A stretch of 64,000 nt of DNA. It comes from a bacterium. GTDB taxonomy: Bacteria > UBA8248. The notes beneath the pieces are model-generated. The model was not told where the DNA came from. It did no database searches and saw only the letters and a list, made by a program, of their open reading frames with translations. Positions within the stretch are counted from its first letter, which is position 1; the number at the start of each line of letters is the position of its first letter. The DNA lies in NCBI GenBank assembly GCA_965221165.1, contig CBDCRP010000002.1:320001-384000 (forward strand). Direction: 5' to 3'. Positions 9,964-19,918 of this stretch are shown in pieces. The position numbers and the translations under genes are program-made.

Positions 9964-11328
9964 CTAGGCGAGGTGCGCCACCAATGCGTTCATCCTCTCC
10001 ATCTCGTCCAAACTTGAAACGGCCTCTATCAATACATCTTGAGAGTCGGGCGAAATCACGCCACCCGTAATTTGCCTGAATTTCCCCGCCACCATGTCGA
10101 AATCCATCGGGTTTTGAGGCGATCCCTTGGGACCCGCGACACGGCTCTCGAGTTCTCGGCCATCATGGGTGCGAATCGCCACTTTCGCGGGAAAGGTTTT
10201 GGGGTAGAGTTTCTCGATCTCGGAGTCCACCGTGAAGCGCGCCCGCCGGGCGAGAGCCACAAGCTCGGGGTCGGCGATGCGCTCGGGCGTGAACTGCTCG
10301 GGCCCCGCCTGCCCGTCGGTGAGCGCCACCGCGGCGCAATACTCGATGTTCATCTGCGCGCGGAGCGAACTCACGGGTTCATAACGCCACGAACACTGTT
10401 GTTTCACCACGCTGTGGTTCATGATCTCCATTTCCCGCACGTCATCCGGCGCGACCCCATGCTCCCTGCGCAGGGCGAGAACGGCGTCGATGGTCGAATG
10501 CGTGCTCCCGCAGCAGCAATAGGGTTTGAAGGAAACGCCTTCCGTCTCCCAAAACGCGCCCAAATCCTTCGTCAGGGGTTCCGGATCCCCGCAGCCGCTG
10601 AACGCCCGTATAAAACCCCCGTCCTCGTACTCGAAAATCTCCTTGGGGCCCGTATAGCCCCTCCCGGCGAGGGAGGCGGCCATGAGGCCGCTTTGGGCCG
10701 CGCGGCCCGCGTGAAAGCGCTTCGTCTCCGAGCCGTCGCACTGAAAAGCCCATGTTCCCGCGCCCTGCGTCCCCGCCAGGCCTAAGGCGTTGGCCGTTTG
10801 CTCGGGGTTTAGTTTCATCAGATGCGCCGCAGCAGCAGCCGCGCCAAAGGGGCCGCACAGGCCCGTGAGATGAAATCCCCGCCTGCGCACCTCCAGGGCG
10901 TCGGCTGCGATGCTCGCGCGGATCATGGTTTCATAACCCACCGCGCAAGCGGTCATAAAGGCCGCACCACCCACCCCCATCTTCTCGGCAAGCGGAAAAG
11001 CTGCGGCGAAAACCACCGCGCCCGGGTGGAGCTTGGCGCCGCTGTGGTAGTCATCGAGTTCGAACGCGTGCATCCAGGTGCCCAGGCAAAGCGCGACGGG
11101 CCCCACCGGCCCGCGCCATGCGTTTCTCCAGAGGGTGGCTTCCGCGCTGCCGCCTTGTTCCTGGATGAAACCGGACAGTATTCGCCCCGATTCGGTGGTC
11201 GTGCCGTACAAGCCACAACCGAGCGCATCCAGAAAATGCTTGCCGATGCAGGCGCGCAAATTATCGGATAAATCATCATAGGAAGTTTCGCTGATGAATC
11301 GCGCGAGTTCGCGCGTATGGCCGTTCAT
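9964..11328 (-). CDS. MmgE/PrpD family protein (second paralog)
   Basis: HAFELDDYH, HPGAVV, KRFHAG, KPYCCCGSTH and KGSPQNPM. Confidence 0.9.
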   Translation of the reverse strand: MNGHTRELARFISETSYDDLSDNLRACIGKHFLDALGCGLYGTTTESGRILSGFIQEQGGSAEATLWRNAWRGPVGPVALCLGTWMHAFELDDYHSGAKLHPGAVVFAAAFPLAEKMGVGGAAFMTACAVGYETMIRASIAADALEVRRRGFHLTGLCGPFGAAAAAAHLMKLNPEQTANALGLAGTQGAGTWAFQCDGSETKRFHAGRAAQSGLMAASLAGRGYTGPKEIFEYEDGGFIRAFSGCGDPEPLTKDLGAFWETEGVSFKPYCCCGSTHSTIDAVLALRREHGVAPDDVREMEIMNHSVVKQQCSWRYEPVSSLRAQMNIEYCAAVALTDGQAGPEQFTPERIADPELVALARRARFTVDSEIEKLYPKTFPAKVAIRTHDGRELESRVAGPKGSPQNPMDFDMVAGKFRQITGGVISPDSQDVLIEAVSSLDEMERMNALVAHLA

Positions 11329-11337
11329 TCTCTCACC

Positions 11338-12213
11338 TCATTCCTTCGGCAGATACTCTGCTTCTATCGCATGATAGGCGTCATAATCGAGGAGTCGATA
11401 GAGCTCTTTGCGCGTCATCATGTTGTCCAGATAGCCCGCCATCGTGCCTTTTTCCTTAAGTTCATCGAGCAGCGATTCGCCCGCCCTGAGCATCGCGCGC
11501 ATGATGCTCACCGGGAACAGGATGAGCTTATACCCCATCTCCTCGAAATCCGCTTTGGGAATATGCGGCGTTTTGCCGAACTCCGTCATGTTGGCCAGCA
11601 GAGGACCCGGGCAACGCTCGGCATACTCGATGAACTCATCGCGCGTCTCGAGCGCCTCGATGAAGATGACATCGGCCCCGGCAGCGAGCGCGGCCTTGCC
11701 GCGCTCCACGGCCTCATCCATCCCGTGGACGTATTTGGCGTCGACGCGCGCCATGACGGCGAAATCCGGATCCGCCCGATGATCCACGGCGGCGCGGATT
11801 TTCCCTATAAATTCCTCACGGCTCACCACCTGTTTCCCGTCCAGGTGGCCGCACCGCTTGGGCAGCACCTGGTCTTCTATCTGAATGCACGCCACGCCCG
11901 CCCGCTCGAAATCACGCACCGTGCGCACGACGTTCACCGCGTTGCCGTAACCTGTATCCACGTCTACCACCAGCGGGATATCGACGGCGTCCGCTATATA
12001 CCTCGCGTTCATGAGCACCTCGCTCGAGGACGCCAGTCCATTGTCGGGCAGACCCGCGAGGGCATTCACCACGCCCGCCCCCGACATATAGACGGCCTCG
12101 AATCCCTTCGAAGCGATGAGTCTGGCCGTCAGCGCGTCGTGCGCGCCGGGGATGATCGTCGCCACCGGGCGTTCGAGGATTTCTTTGAATTTTTTTCGCA
12201 CAGAACCGGCCAT
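11338..12213 (-). CDS. prpB: Methylisocitrate lyase-like (ICL/PEP mutase family)
   Basis: PGAHDALTA, DVDTGYG, IEDQVLPKRCGH and LANMTEFGKTP. The exact substrate is uncertain. Confidence 0.75.
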   Translation of the reverse strand: MAGSVRKKFKEILERPVATIIPGAHDALTARLIASKGFEAVYMSGAGVVNALAGLPDNGLASSSEVLMNARYIADAVDIPLVVDVDTGYGNAVNVVRTVRDFERAGVACIQIEDQVLPKRCGHLDGKQVVSREEFIGKIRAAVDHRADPDFAVMARVDAKYVHGMDEAVERGKAALAAGADVIFIEALETRDEFIEYAERCPGPLLANMTEFGKTPHIPKADFEEMGYKLILFPVSIMRAMLRAGESLLDELKEKGTMAGYLDNMMTRKELYRLLDYDAYHAIEAEYLPKE

Positions 12214-12386
12214 ACATCCTTCCTTCCCGGAAATATCGATGGATTCAAGCGATGACCGCCTTCTCGCTAAACCGCATCTTCTTGTTGATATCAATGGACT
12301 TATAAGCCACCCTCGCTTCAAGATAAGCTCCCTTTATTCTTTCACACCATCCGGCATTCTCGCCAGGGCCTCAAGCTGATTTTTCC

Positions 12387-12417
12387 TTGACAAACAGCCG
12401 AAGAAAAGTGACATAAT
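12387..12417 (+). promoter_or_regulatory. Possible sigma70 promoter of the TPR gene
   Basis: TTGACA-19 nt-CATAAT with an extended -10 TG. The spacer is long. Confidence 0.3.
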
Positions 12418-12458
12418 TTGAGCGGCCATGATGTTTGGTTGCGGGGGAGGGACGCCGA

Positions 12459-12995
12459 ATGACGAGTGAATCCGAAGACGTGAATTTCGATGAAAAATAT
12501 GAAGACGAAGCGAGAGTCAACTCCGATCTCAAGCGCGCCCTGGATCTTCTGAGCGAAGGAGGCGCCGCCCACTCGAAGGGAGACCTCGACAAAGCCATCG
12601 AATTGTATCGAAACTCCATCGCCTACTACCCCACCGCGGACGCGCACACCTATCTGGGCTGGATGTACAGCAAGCAGGGCCGCCTGGAGGAAGCAATCGA
12701 AGAGTGCCACATGGCCATCGAAGTCGACGATGAGTTCGGAAACCCATACAACGACATCGGTTGCTATCTCATGCAGTTGGGCGAACTCGACGAGGCGGCC
12801 GGGTGGCTCGAGAAAGCGAAATCCGCGCCGAGGTACGAGCCGCGCCATTTCCCCTACATGAACCTGGGGCGCATCTACGTGCAACAAAAAGAATACGGCA
12901 AGGCGCAAGGGGAGATTTACGAGGCCATCAAGCGCGCACCCGAACTGGATAGTCTGAAAAAAAACTTCCTGGAGCTTGTGTCGCTCCTCAACTAG
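12459..12995 (+). CDS. Tetratricopeptide repeat protein
   Basis: Repeated helical motifs AHTYLGW..GRLEEAI, PYNDIGCYL and PYMNLGRIY. Confidence 0.85.
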   Translation: MTSESEDVNFDEKYEDEARVNSDLKRALDLLSEGGAAHSKGDLDKAIELYRNSIAYYPTADAHTYLGWMYSKQGRLEEAIEECHMAIEVDDEFGNPYNDIGCYLMQLGELDEAAGWLEKAKSAPRYEPRHFPYMNLGRIYVQQKEYGKAQGEIYEAIKRAPELDSLKKNFLELVSLLN

Positions 12996-13006
12996 ACATG
13001 AACACG

Positions 13007-13037
13007 AAAAAAGCCGGCCGCGAAGGCCGGCTTTTTT
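13007..13037. terminator. Bidirectional intrinsic terminator
   Basis: A6-GCCGGCC-GCGAA-GGCCGGC-T6 between convergent genes. Confidence 0.85.
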
Positions 13038-13055
13038 CTTTTTGCCGCTCAAAAA

Positions 13056-13508
13056 CTAGCCGGGAATCTTGTCCCTCGTATCCTCTTCCATCCATTCGTT
13101 TTCCACATAGATCGTCTTTGCGGCGTCCCGGTTGGGACAATTGCCATAGGTGAAGACGAGTTCGGCATCTTCTGTTTCGCTCGGGTTGTAGAGGCCGTGA
13201 ATCTCGCCCGCCGCGCAATAGACGAACGTGCCTGAGGGCACCGTGTGTTCTTCCCTCTCCTCTCCCATCCAGACGATGATCGGGCCTTTGACGATGTAGA
13301 ACGTCGCGTCGCACACATGGTAGTGCCTCTGGTTACGGCCCTGGGGCGGAATGATGGTGCGCCCCATCGTGATGGTCTGGGTGCCGGTGGCTTTGCTGTC
13401 CACGCCCCATGCGATGATGAGGGGCGGCTCATACTTCTTGTCTACGCCGATGGCCGTGGAATCAATGAGACACCAACGCTGTTTGGTGGGTGCGGATAAA
13501 ACAGACAT
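13056..13508 (-). CDS. Cupin domain protein
   Basis: RHYHVCDATFYIVKG and GEIHGLYN cupin motifs. Confidence 0.8.
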   Translation of the reverse strand: MSVLSAPTKQRWCLIDSTAIGVDKKYEPPLIIAWGVDSKATGTQTITMGRTIIPPQGRNQRHYHVCDATFYIVKGPIIVWMGEEREEHTVPSGTFVYCAAGEIHGLYNPSETEDAELVFTYGNCPNRDAAKTIYVENEWMEEDTRDKIPG

Positions 13509-13618
13509 GTGAACTCCTTTTGATGGTAAGCGATAGGAAATGGTTCGTTCTCTTGAAAGCCGTGTAATCTAGTCGTTCGGCTCTCAGAGCGCAAGGGCGG
13601 AGCCGAAACGGCTGAGGC

Positions 13619-14632
13619 TCACCCTTCCAGGAATAGCTGAACCTCGCTCAAAAGCTCCATCCTGCGTTTTTCCAGTTCCATGAAATGCGTGCCGTCGTTG
13701 ATGATGACGTAGCGCTTGCCCCGGCTGTTACAGAGCGCCATATACAGCCCCCAGGCTTCCGGATCGGCCGAGGCGCCGTCCTGGTCTCCCCGGATGAGAA
13801 GAACGGGACACGTTATTTTGCTCGCATCATAGTAGGGTTTGTTTCTCGCCCGATCATATAAATCCGCCAGGGAGCCGTTCGCCAACCGAAACGCGGGCGT
13901 CTTGCGCTTGGCCCCCTCCGGGTCATAGCAGAGGAGTTCCCGGAAATACGCCTTGAGCACCTTGGGCTCGCGCCATTTGTGGTGAGCGTCCCCTGGTATA
14001 TGACCCCACCATCGTTTGTGCACGTCTTTTTCCGTACACCAGGACCAGGCGCCTCGCCTCGCGTCGAATTCCCCGGGTTTTCGGGGGTCTTCCATCTGTT
14101 TCGCGCGCACGGGATTGTCATAGGCGTAATAGGGCGCATACAGCACGAGCTTTTGCACATGGGCCATATTATCGGCCGCGTAGGCCGGCCCCGTCGTCGT
14201 CCCCCATGAACGGCCCAGAACGCTGAGCTTGTTCACGCCCCGCTGCTCGCAAATGAAGTCGACCGCCGCCTTGATGTCCCTCACGGCCACCTTGCCCGGA
14301 ATCGCGGGAGGCTTGCCTCCGGGGCTTGTGCGCATCTCCTGCGGCCAGGTCGATTCGCCAAAACCCCGAATCGAGAGCGCAAAAACATCGAACCCGCGCG
14401 AGGCGATGTAATCCATCCAGGAATAGCCGGGAACCGGGAGATCATAGGCCACGGGGCCGGGCGCCATTCGTCCGTGCACGATGAGGAGCGTGGCCTGAGC
14501 CTCGAATTTCTTCTTGCCCTTCGTGCGCTTTTCTCTCAGGTGCAGCCTGATGCCGGGATCGAGCGAATCAATATTGTGATCGATTCGCTCCACTCCCCCC
14601 GAAGCCACATTCTTTCGTGGTGAAGCGCCCAA
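13619..14632 (-). CDS. Alpha/beta fold hydrolase
   Basis: VHG oxyanion motif, RGFGES, nucleophile elbow GRSWG, GDQD and GTHF. Confidence 0.85.
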   Translation of the reverse strand: MGASPRKNVASGGVERIDHNIDSLDPGIRLHLREKRTKGKKKFEAQATLLIVHGRMAPGPVAYDLPVPGYSWMDYIASRGFDVFALSIRGFGESTWPQEMRTSPGGKPPAIPGKVAVRDIKAAVDFICEQRGVNKLSVLGRSWGTTTGPAYAADNMAHVQKLVLYAPYYAYDNPVRAKQMEDPRKPGEFDARRGAWSWCTEKDVHKRWWGHIPGDAHHKWREPKVLKAYFRELLCYDPEGAKRKTPAFRLANGSLADLYDRARNKPYYDASKITCPVLLIRGDQDGASADPEAWGLYMALCNSRGKRYVIINDGTHFMELEKRRMELLSEVQLFLEG

Positions 14633-14644
14633 GCCCAGATTCCC

Positions 14645-15592
14645 TTAATTTTTCAGATGAGAATAATCCTGATCATACGCGGGCGGCAGCGCCCCACCTC
14701 GCCCCAGAACGACATGGAGCTTGCCCCATCCCCGGCCTGAATTGCGAAACCCGCGCGTGACGCCCGCAGGCGCCCAACACATGTCCCATGGTCCGAGAAT
14801 TTCCTGATGCGACTCCCCCGTCTCATCCACCCAGGACACCGTCCAGTCGCTCTCCAGGGGGATAAAGGCCTCTTCCAAATCCAGATGATCGTGCAGCGGA
14901 GCGCCCGAGCCCACCCGGTTTTCGTTGATGACGAAGGAGAACTCACCCTCCGGCAGGGAGGGGGGCGGACCCACGCCCTCGAGTTCACCGCCCACGTGTC
15001 CCACGTAGCGCCGAATCCCCCGCACGCCCTCGGGCAGGGAGGCTTCATAATAAACCTGAAAATTCATGGGGCATTCATCATAACGCACCACCTGGGTAAG
15101 GGGATCGACGAAAGAGGCGCTCTCGCTCGCCGCGCCCTTCCCTTCTCCCTGATACACGGGCGGCTCATACGCGCCGCGCCCGTGAATGTAGTAGAGAAAG
15201 CCATCGTCATCTCCACAATTCTTATAACCCCGCATGACGCCCGCCGGCATCCGGATGGCGTCATAGCGCCCGAGTTCTACGGTTCTGATTTCCCCGTCGC
15301 GCGCATCGGCCCAAACCACTTCGAACGCACCCTCCCACACCATGAAAACCTCTTCGAACCCATGGCTGTGCAGGGGGGCGCCGTTCCCGGGGGGGGCCAT
15401 CACAATCCCGTTGGCGAACTCCCAGCCGGGGAGCGCCGCTCTGGGCTCCTTATCCCTCGGCCCCCCGATATAGCGATAAACGGCCCGATGGTGCCCTTCT
15501 TCACGCGCATCGGGCGATGAGCCCCAGTCGGGCATGATTTCCGCGAAACGCACTATCGTAGTGGGTACGGCTTTGGAAATATGTTTCGTCAT
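14645..15592 (-). CDS. Bicupin (two cupin domains)
   Basis: Duplicated motif GAPLHSH..EEVF / GAPLHDH..EEAF, each followed by PAGV.RG[YF].N. Confidence 0.8.
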   Translation of the reverse strand: MTKHISKAVPTTIVRFAEIMPDWGSSPDAREEGHHRAVYRYIGGPRDKEPRAALPGWEFANGIVMAPPGNGAPLHSHGFEEVFMVWEGAFEVVWADARDGEIRTVELGRYDAIRMPAGVMRGYKNCGDDDGFLYYIHGRGAYEPPVYQGEGKGAASESASFVDPLTQVVRYDECPMNFQVYYEASLPEGVRGIRRYVGHVGGELEGVGPPPSLPEGEFSFVINENRVGSGAPLHDHLDLEEAFIPLESDWTVSWVDETGESHQEILGPWDMCWAPAGVTRGFRNSGRGWGKLHVVLGRGGALPPAYDQDYSHLKN

Positions 15593-15617
15593 CTTCAGCA
15601 CCTCGCCGGTTATAAGG

Positions 15618-16973
15618 TTATGGGAGGGTCGCTTCGCGATATAAACCCTCCGCCTCATACGCCTCATCGAGCAAGACGACGGGATGCACCACCCGAAGGT
15701 CCATATCCCGCTCGCGGGCGCCGAACGCTATTTGAATCTGACAACCAGGGTTGCCCGTGCAGACCACGGGCGCTTCAGAGTCTTTCACGTGCCCCATTTT
15801 TCTGTCGAGAAGCTGCATGGAAATCTCCGTCTGCGTGAGATTGTAGCTGCCTGCGGAGCCGCAGCACCAATCGCTCTCCTTGAGAGGCACCACCTCGACG
15901 TTGCGAATCGCGGAAAGAACATCGAGCGGCTCCTTGCGGACCTTGAGTGCGTGAAACAGATGGCACGGGTGGTGATACGCGATTTTCCGGGGCTCCGGGT
16001 GCGCTGCTTCCCGGACGCCGATTCTCGAGAGAAACACGGTGACGTCCATCGCCTTGTCGCTGAACGCCTTCGCGCGGCTTGAATATACGGGATTATCCGC
16101 AAGCAAATCCTGATATTCATGGAGCATGGCCCCACAGCCGGATACGGCCAGTATGACGGCGTCGAACTCTCCCGCGTCGATGGCATCGAGATTCTCGCGC
16201 GCGAGGATTCTCGCCGCCTCCCTGTCTCCGGCATGGGCTTGCAGCGCGCCGCAGCAGGTCTGCGCGGCGGGGAACACGACGCGCACGCCGTTCGCCGCCA
16301 ACGTGCGTATGGCGGCCCTGTTCACATCTCCGAACAGGGTGGATTGAATGCACCCGCCGAAGAAGGCGACGCGGTGTTTTTCCTCTCCGACGGGCGCTAC
16401 TTCGGGGGGAAGAGCCCGCATCGAGGATATGGGCGGAGCTTCCGGCATCATGGGCTCGAGCGCGGCCAGCTTTTTGGGCAAAAGGCCCAGGCTCTTCACC
16501 ATGCCCTTCAAAAACGTGGTCTGGTACAATCTGGTGGCCACGCCCGCCAGATTGAGCAACGTTCTGTTGGGCAGAAGCCAGCGGAAGAGGATTCTCCTCA
16601 AAACCCGCACCGACAAAGGGCGTTTTCGTACCTTTTCGAGTCCTTCGCGCGCCGCCTCTATCAAAGAACCATAGGGCACGCCCGATGGGCACGCCGTCTC
16701 GCAGGCGCGGCAATCCAGGCATCGATCAAGGTGTTTCATCACCGTCTCGTTCGGCGCCATCTCGCCGTCCGCCACCAGGCGCATGAGGTAGATTCTCCCC
16801 CGGGGGGAGTCCATCTCGTTGCCGAGCAGCGTGAAGGTCGGGCAACTCGTGCCGCAGAATCCGCAGTGGATACACCGCTGAATCATCCGCCTGTCGGGAG
16901 CGTCCGGTCCGACGAAAGGGTTCTCGTATTCAGGAAAAACCTGCGCGAAACCTACTTTTTCACCTGTCGCCAC
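15618..16973 (-). CDS. glcF: Glycolate oxidase Fe-S subunit
   Basis: CIHCGFCGTSCP, CLDCRACETACP, two CCG domains and NPGC. Confidence 0.85.
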   Translation of the reverse strand: MATGEKVGFAQVFPEYENPFVGPDAPDRRMIQRCIHCGFCGTSCPTFTLLGNEMDSPRGRIYLMRLVADGEMAPNETVMKHLDRCLDCRACETACPSGVPYGSLIEAAREGLEKVRKRPLSVRVLRRILFRWLLPNRTLLNLAGVATRLYQTTFLKGMVKSLGLLPKKLAALEPMMPEAPPISSMRALPPEVAPVGEEKHRVAFFGGCIQSTLFGDVNRAAIRTLAANGVRVVFPAAQTCCGALQAHAGDREAARILARENLDAIDAGEFDAVILAVSGCGAMLHEYQDLLADNPVYSSRAKAFSDKAMDVTVFLSRIGVREAAHPEPRKIAYHHPCHLFHALKVRKEPLDVLSAIRNVEVVPLKESDWCCGSAGSYNLTQTEISMQLLDRKMGHVKDSEAPVVCTGNPGCQIQIAFGARERDMDLRVVHPVVLLDEAYEAEGLYREATLP

Positions 16974-16987
16974 TTACTTCTCCCACC

Positions 16988-18367
16988 TTACATCCGGCCT
17001 AAGAAGCGGCCGGGACTCAAAATTCCTTTCGGGTCATATGTCTTCTTGATGTTCCGCATCACCTGCAACGCCGCGGGTTCGAGCGCGTCCTCACCCCATA
17101 CGGATATCTGCTTTTTAAGCAAATCCGGCCCGGAATCCATACGCAGATGCACGGAACGCGCTTCTTTTGCATCCCTCCCCTCCCTGCAAAGAGAGGAAAA
17201 GGCGCGCCACGCCTCAAGCCCTGAGGATTCCGCATCCTCAGGCGCAAGCCAGCACCTCAACACGCCACTGCCCGCGTGCGCCGAAATCGCGCAGCGATAT
17301 TTCCCCGCCCCGGCGGCTTGCCTCGTCGCCTCCGCAAAGCGGGGCAGCTGATCGAGACGGCCCGAGGCCCTGAGAACAAGCGCCTCGGCGTTTGAGAAAT
17401 CCCCTCCGGGAGGATCGGCCAGGGCGCGGCCCAGGCGCGCGGTTTCCCCATCATCAAGACGCAAAATTTCATCCCCGCCCTCTTTCGCGAGAATTTCCTC
17501 GAACCGGGTCATCTGATCTTTCAATCCCTCTTCAAAATCACCGAAAGCAGCCACCAGGCACACGGGACCGGGCAAGTCGATTCCTCCCCCCGTTGCCGGC
17601 GAGGCGATGCGCTTATCGTTCAATACCTCTACCCACACGGGCATAAGGGGCGAGGCCATCAGCGCCCTTGCGGCCTTGAACGCGGCATCGGCGGACCCGA
17701 AACTAGCAGCCCTCGCCCCGATATACTCAGGGGCCTTATACAGGCGAATCGCCAACTCGGTGACGACGGCCAGCGTCCCCCAGCTTCCCGACAAGAGACG
17801 GTTCATGTCGTAGCCGGTGACGTTTTTCACCACCAGCGCGCCATAGGTGTGGGTCGCACCATCGGCCAACGCCACCTTCATGCGCATGACGCGGTCCCGC
17901 GCCTTGCCCCAGCGCACCCGCATGGGACCCGAACGATCCGCGATAATGGTTCCTCCCACCGTGGAGGTTCCCGGATGCGAAGGGTCGAGGCCCGCCGTCT
18001 GGTCTTCGGCCCCCGTCAACCTATTAAGAGCTTCGACGCTCATCCCCGCTTCCATCACGGCGGTGAGGTCGTCTTTGAGAAACTCCACCGCCTTCGACAT
18101 GCGCTCCAAAGAGAGAGCCACGTCGTACTTCGCAGGCGCATACCCCGTTCCCCTGCCGGTGCCTCCTCCCCAGGGGAATACGGCCAGGCCCGCTTCGTTC
18201 GCGCGCGCGAGGACGCGGCATAAGGCTTCGTGATCGGCGGGACTCACCACGACCGAGGGCGTCTTGCCCCCCAGTTTGAACGACTCCGCCCTTTCGTCCG
18301 ACAAGAGAACGGAATCGCCTACGTCTGCTTCTACCGATTGAGCGAACGAATCGAGTGTCAGGGCCAT
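16988..18367 (-). CDS. glcE: Glycolate oxidase FAD-binding subunit
   Basis: VVKNVTGYDMNRLLSGSWGTL and DPKGILSPGR. Lies between glcD and glcF. Confidence 0.85.
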   Translation of the reverse strand: MALTLDSFAQSVEADVGDSVLLSDERAESFKLGGKTPSVVVSPADHEALCRVLARANEAGLAVFPWGGGTGRGTGYAPAKYDVALSLERMSKAVEFLKDDLTAVMEAGMSVEALNRLTGAEDQTAGLDPSHPGTSTVGGTIIADRSGPMRVRWGKARDRVMRMKVALADGATHTYGALVVKNVTGYDMNRLLSGSWGTLAVVTELAIRLYKAPEYIGARAASFGSADAAFKAARALMASPLMPVWVEVLNDKRIASPATGGGIDLPGPVCLVAAFGDFEEGLKDQMTRFEEILAKEGGDEILRLDDGETARLGRALADPPGGDFSNAEALVLRASGRLDQLPRFAEATRQAAGAGKYRCAISAHAGSGVLRCWLAPEDAESSGLEAWRAFSSLCREGRDAKEARSVHLRMDSGPDLLKKQISVWGEDALEPAALQVMRNIKKTYDPKGILSPGRFLGRM

Positions 18368-18374
18368 GGTTTTC

Positions 18375-19820
18375 CTACTTCGTCATCCCGCCGCCCATCC
18401 TGGCGACGCCGCCGCCGAGAGCAACCGGAAACACGTTGTCCTCATCGGGTATCAGTTTGCCGGGGTTCATCAGGCCATCCTCGTCGATGGCGTCGCGCAC
18501 GCGCTCCATGATCTCGAGCGTGGGTTCATCGAACTGGTCCTTCATCTCTCTGATCTTCTCGATGCCGATGCCGTGCTCGCCCGAGAGCACGCCCCCTGCG
18601 CGTATACATGCGCGAAGCACCTCCGCCCCGCATTCTATCGCCCGTTCCGTCTCACCGGGGACCCCATCGTCGAACAAGACGTTGGGATGCAGGCTCCCGT
18701 CCCCGGCATGGAAGACGTTGGTGATGCGCAAATCAAAACGGGAGGAAATCTCGTCGAATTCCTCCAGCACCTGCGCCAGCTTCGAGCGGGGAACCGTGCC
18801 ATCCAGACAATAATAGGTAGGAGCGATCACCCCGAAGGCGCCGAACGCCTTTTTTCGGCCCATCCAAAGGCTCTCGCGCTCCTCTTCTGTCTGCGCGATC
18901 CGGAACGAAGAGCAATTGTTCTTCTCGCTCACCTCGCGAATGAGGGCTTCGAGCGGTCTGATGGAAGACGGCAGGCCGTCGAGTTCGATCAGCAAGACGG
19001 CCTCGGCATCCTTGGGATAACCCGCCTGCACCACCATCTCGACCGCCTCGATGGTGTAGCGATCCATCAACTCCATCGCAGCGGGCACGGCCCCCGCCGC
19101 AATGACGTCGCTCACCGTCCGGCACGCATCCCCCACTTTTGCAAAACACACGAGCATGGTGCGCACGCTCTCGGGGTTCGGCGTGAGCCGCACGGTGAGT
19201 TCCGTGATGACGGCGAAAGTGCCCTCCGAGCCGATGAAGAATCCGCGCAGGTCGAAACCCGGCGTCTCCTCCCCGTCCGCACCGAGATGCACCACCTCGC
19301 CCGTGGGCAGGACGACGGTCATCTCCATGATGTGGTTCGTCGTCATCCCGTACTTGAGGCAATGCGCGCCGCCCGAGTTCTCCGCCGCGTTGCCGCCGAT
19401 AGTGCAGGCCGCCTGGCTGGAAGGATCGGGCGCGTAATGAAAGCCATGCGGCAGCGTTTCGTGAGAGAGATGAAGGTTCACGACCCCGGGCTGCACGCGG
19501 GCGAGGCGGTTTTCATAGTCGAGTTCCAGAATCTTGTTCATCCTTGTAAAGACGATGAGCACGCCGCCCGGCAGGGGCGTCGCGCCACCCGAGAGGCCCG
19601 TGCCCGCTCCCCTGGCAATCAGGGGTACCCGGTATTCGCGGCAGACTTCGACGACTCGCCGGACTTCCTCGGTGTTCTCGGGCAATACGACGGCCGATGG
19701 CACGCCCTTGTAAATCGTGAGTCCATCGCAATCATACGTCCTGAGCGCCACCGGATCGGTGTGGATGAATTCCTCCCCCACCGCTTCCGTCAATTTTTGA
19801 ATGAACCCGGCGCTATCCAC
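18375..19820 (-). CDS. glcD: Glycolate oxidase subunit GlcD (FAD-linked oxidase)
   Basis: RGAGTGLSGG, PDPSSQAACTIGGN, HAGDG.LHP and GEHGIG. Confidence 0.88.
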   Translation of the reverse strand: MDSAGFIQKLTEAVGEEFIHTDPVALRTYDCDGLTIYKGVPSAVVLPENTEEVRRVVEVCREYRVPLIARGAGTGLSGGATPLPGGVLIVFTRMNKILELDYENRLARVQPGVVNLHLSHETLPHGFHYAPDPSSQAACTIGGNAAENSGGAHCLKYGMTTNHIMEMTVVLPTGEVVHLGADGEETPGFDLRGFFIGSEGTFAVITELTVRLTPNPESVRTMLVCFAKVGDACRTVSDVIAAGAVPAAMELMDRYTIEAVEMVVQAGYPKDAEAVLLIELDGLPSSIRPLEALIREVSEKNNCSSFRIAQTEEERESLWMGRKKAFGAFGVIAPTYYCLDGTVPRSKLAQVLEEFDEISSRFDLRITNVFHAGDGSLHPNVLFDDGVPGETERAIECGAEVLRACIRAGGVLSGEHGIGIEKIREMKDQFDEPTLEIMERVRDAIDEDGLMNPGKLIPDEDNVFPVALGGGVARMGGGMTK

Positions 19821-19918
19821 CTCAAAACCCTCGCAGCGCTTCCTGAATCAAGAAAAACCCTTTAGAGTGTCGCCATTATACCCATGCTTCAGAAAAAAAC
19901 GAAGAGAAAGGCGACTTC

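Noticed and set aside
16119-19865. Long antisense or alternate-frame ORFs (e.g. 16119-17351, 18366-19865, 27927-29081, 47942-49138, 58244-59341)
   Set aside because: They are shadows of well-supported genes in GC-rich DNA and have no recognisable motifs.
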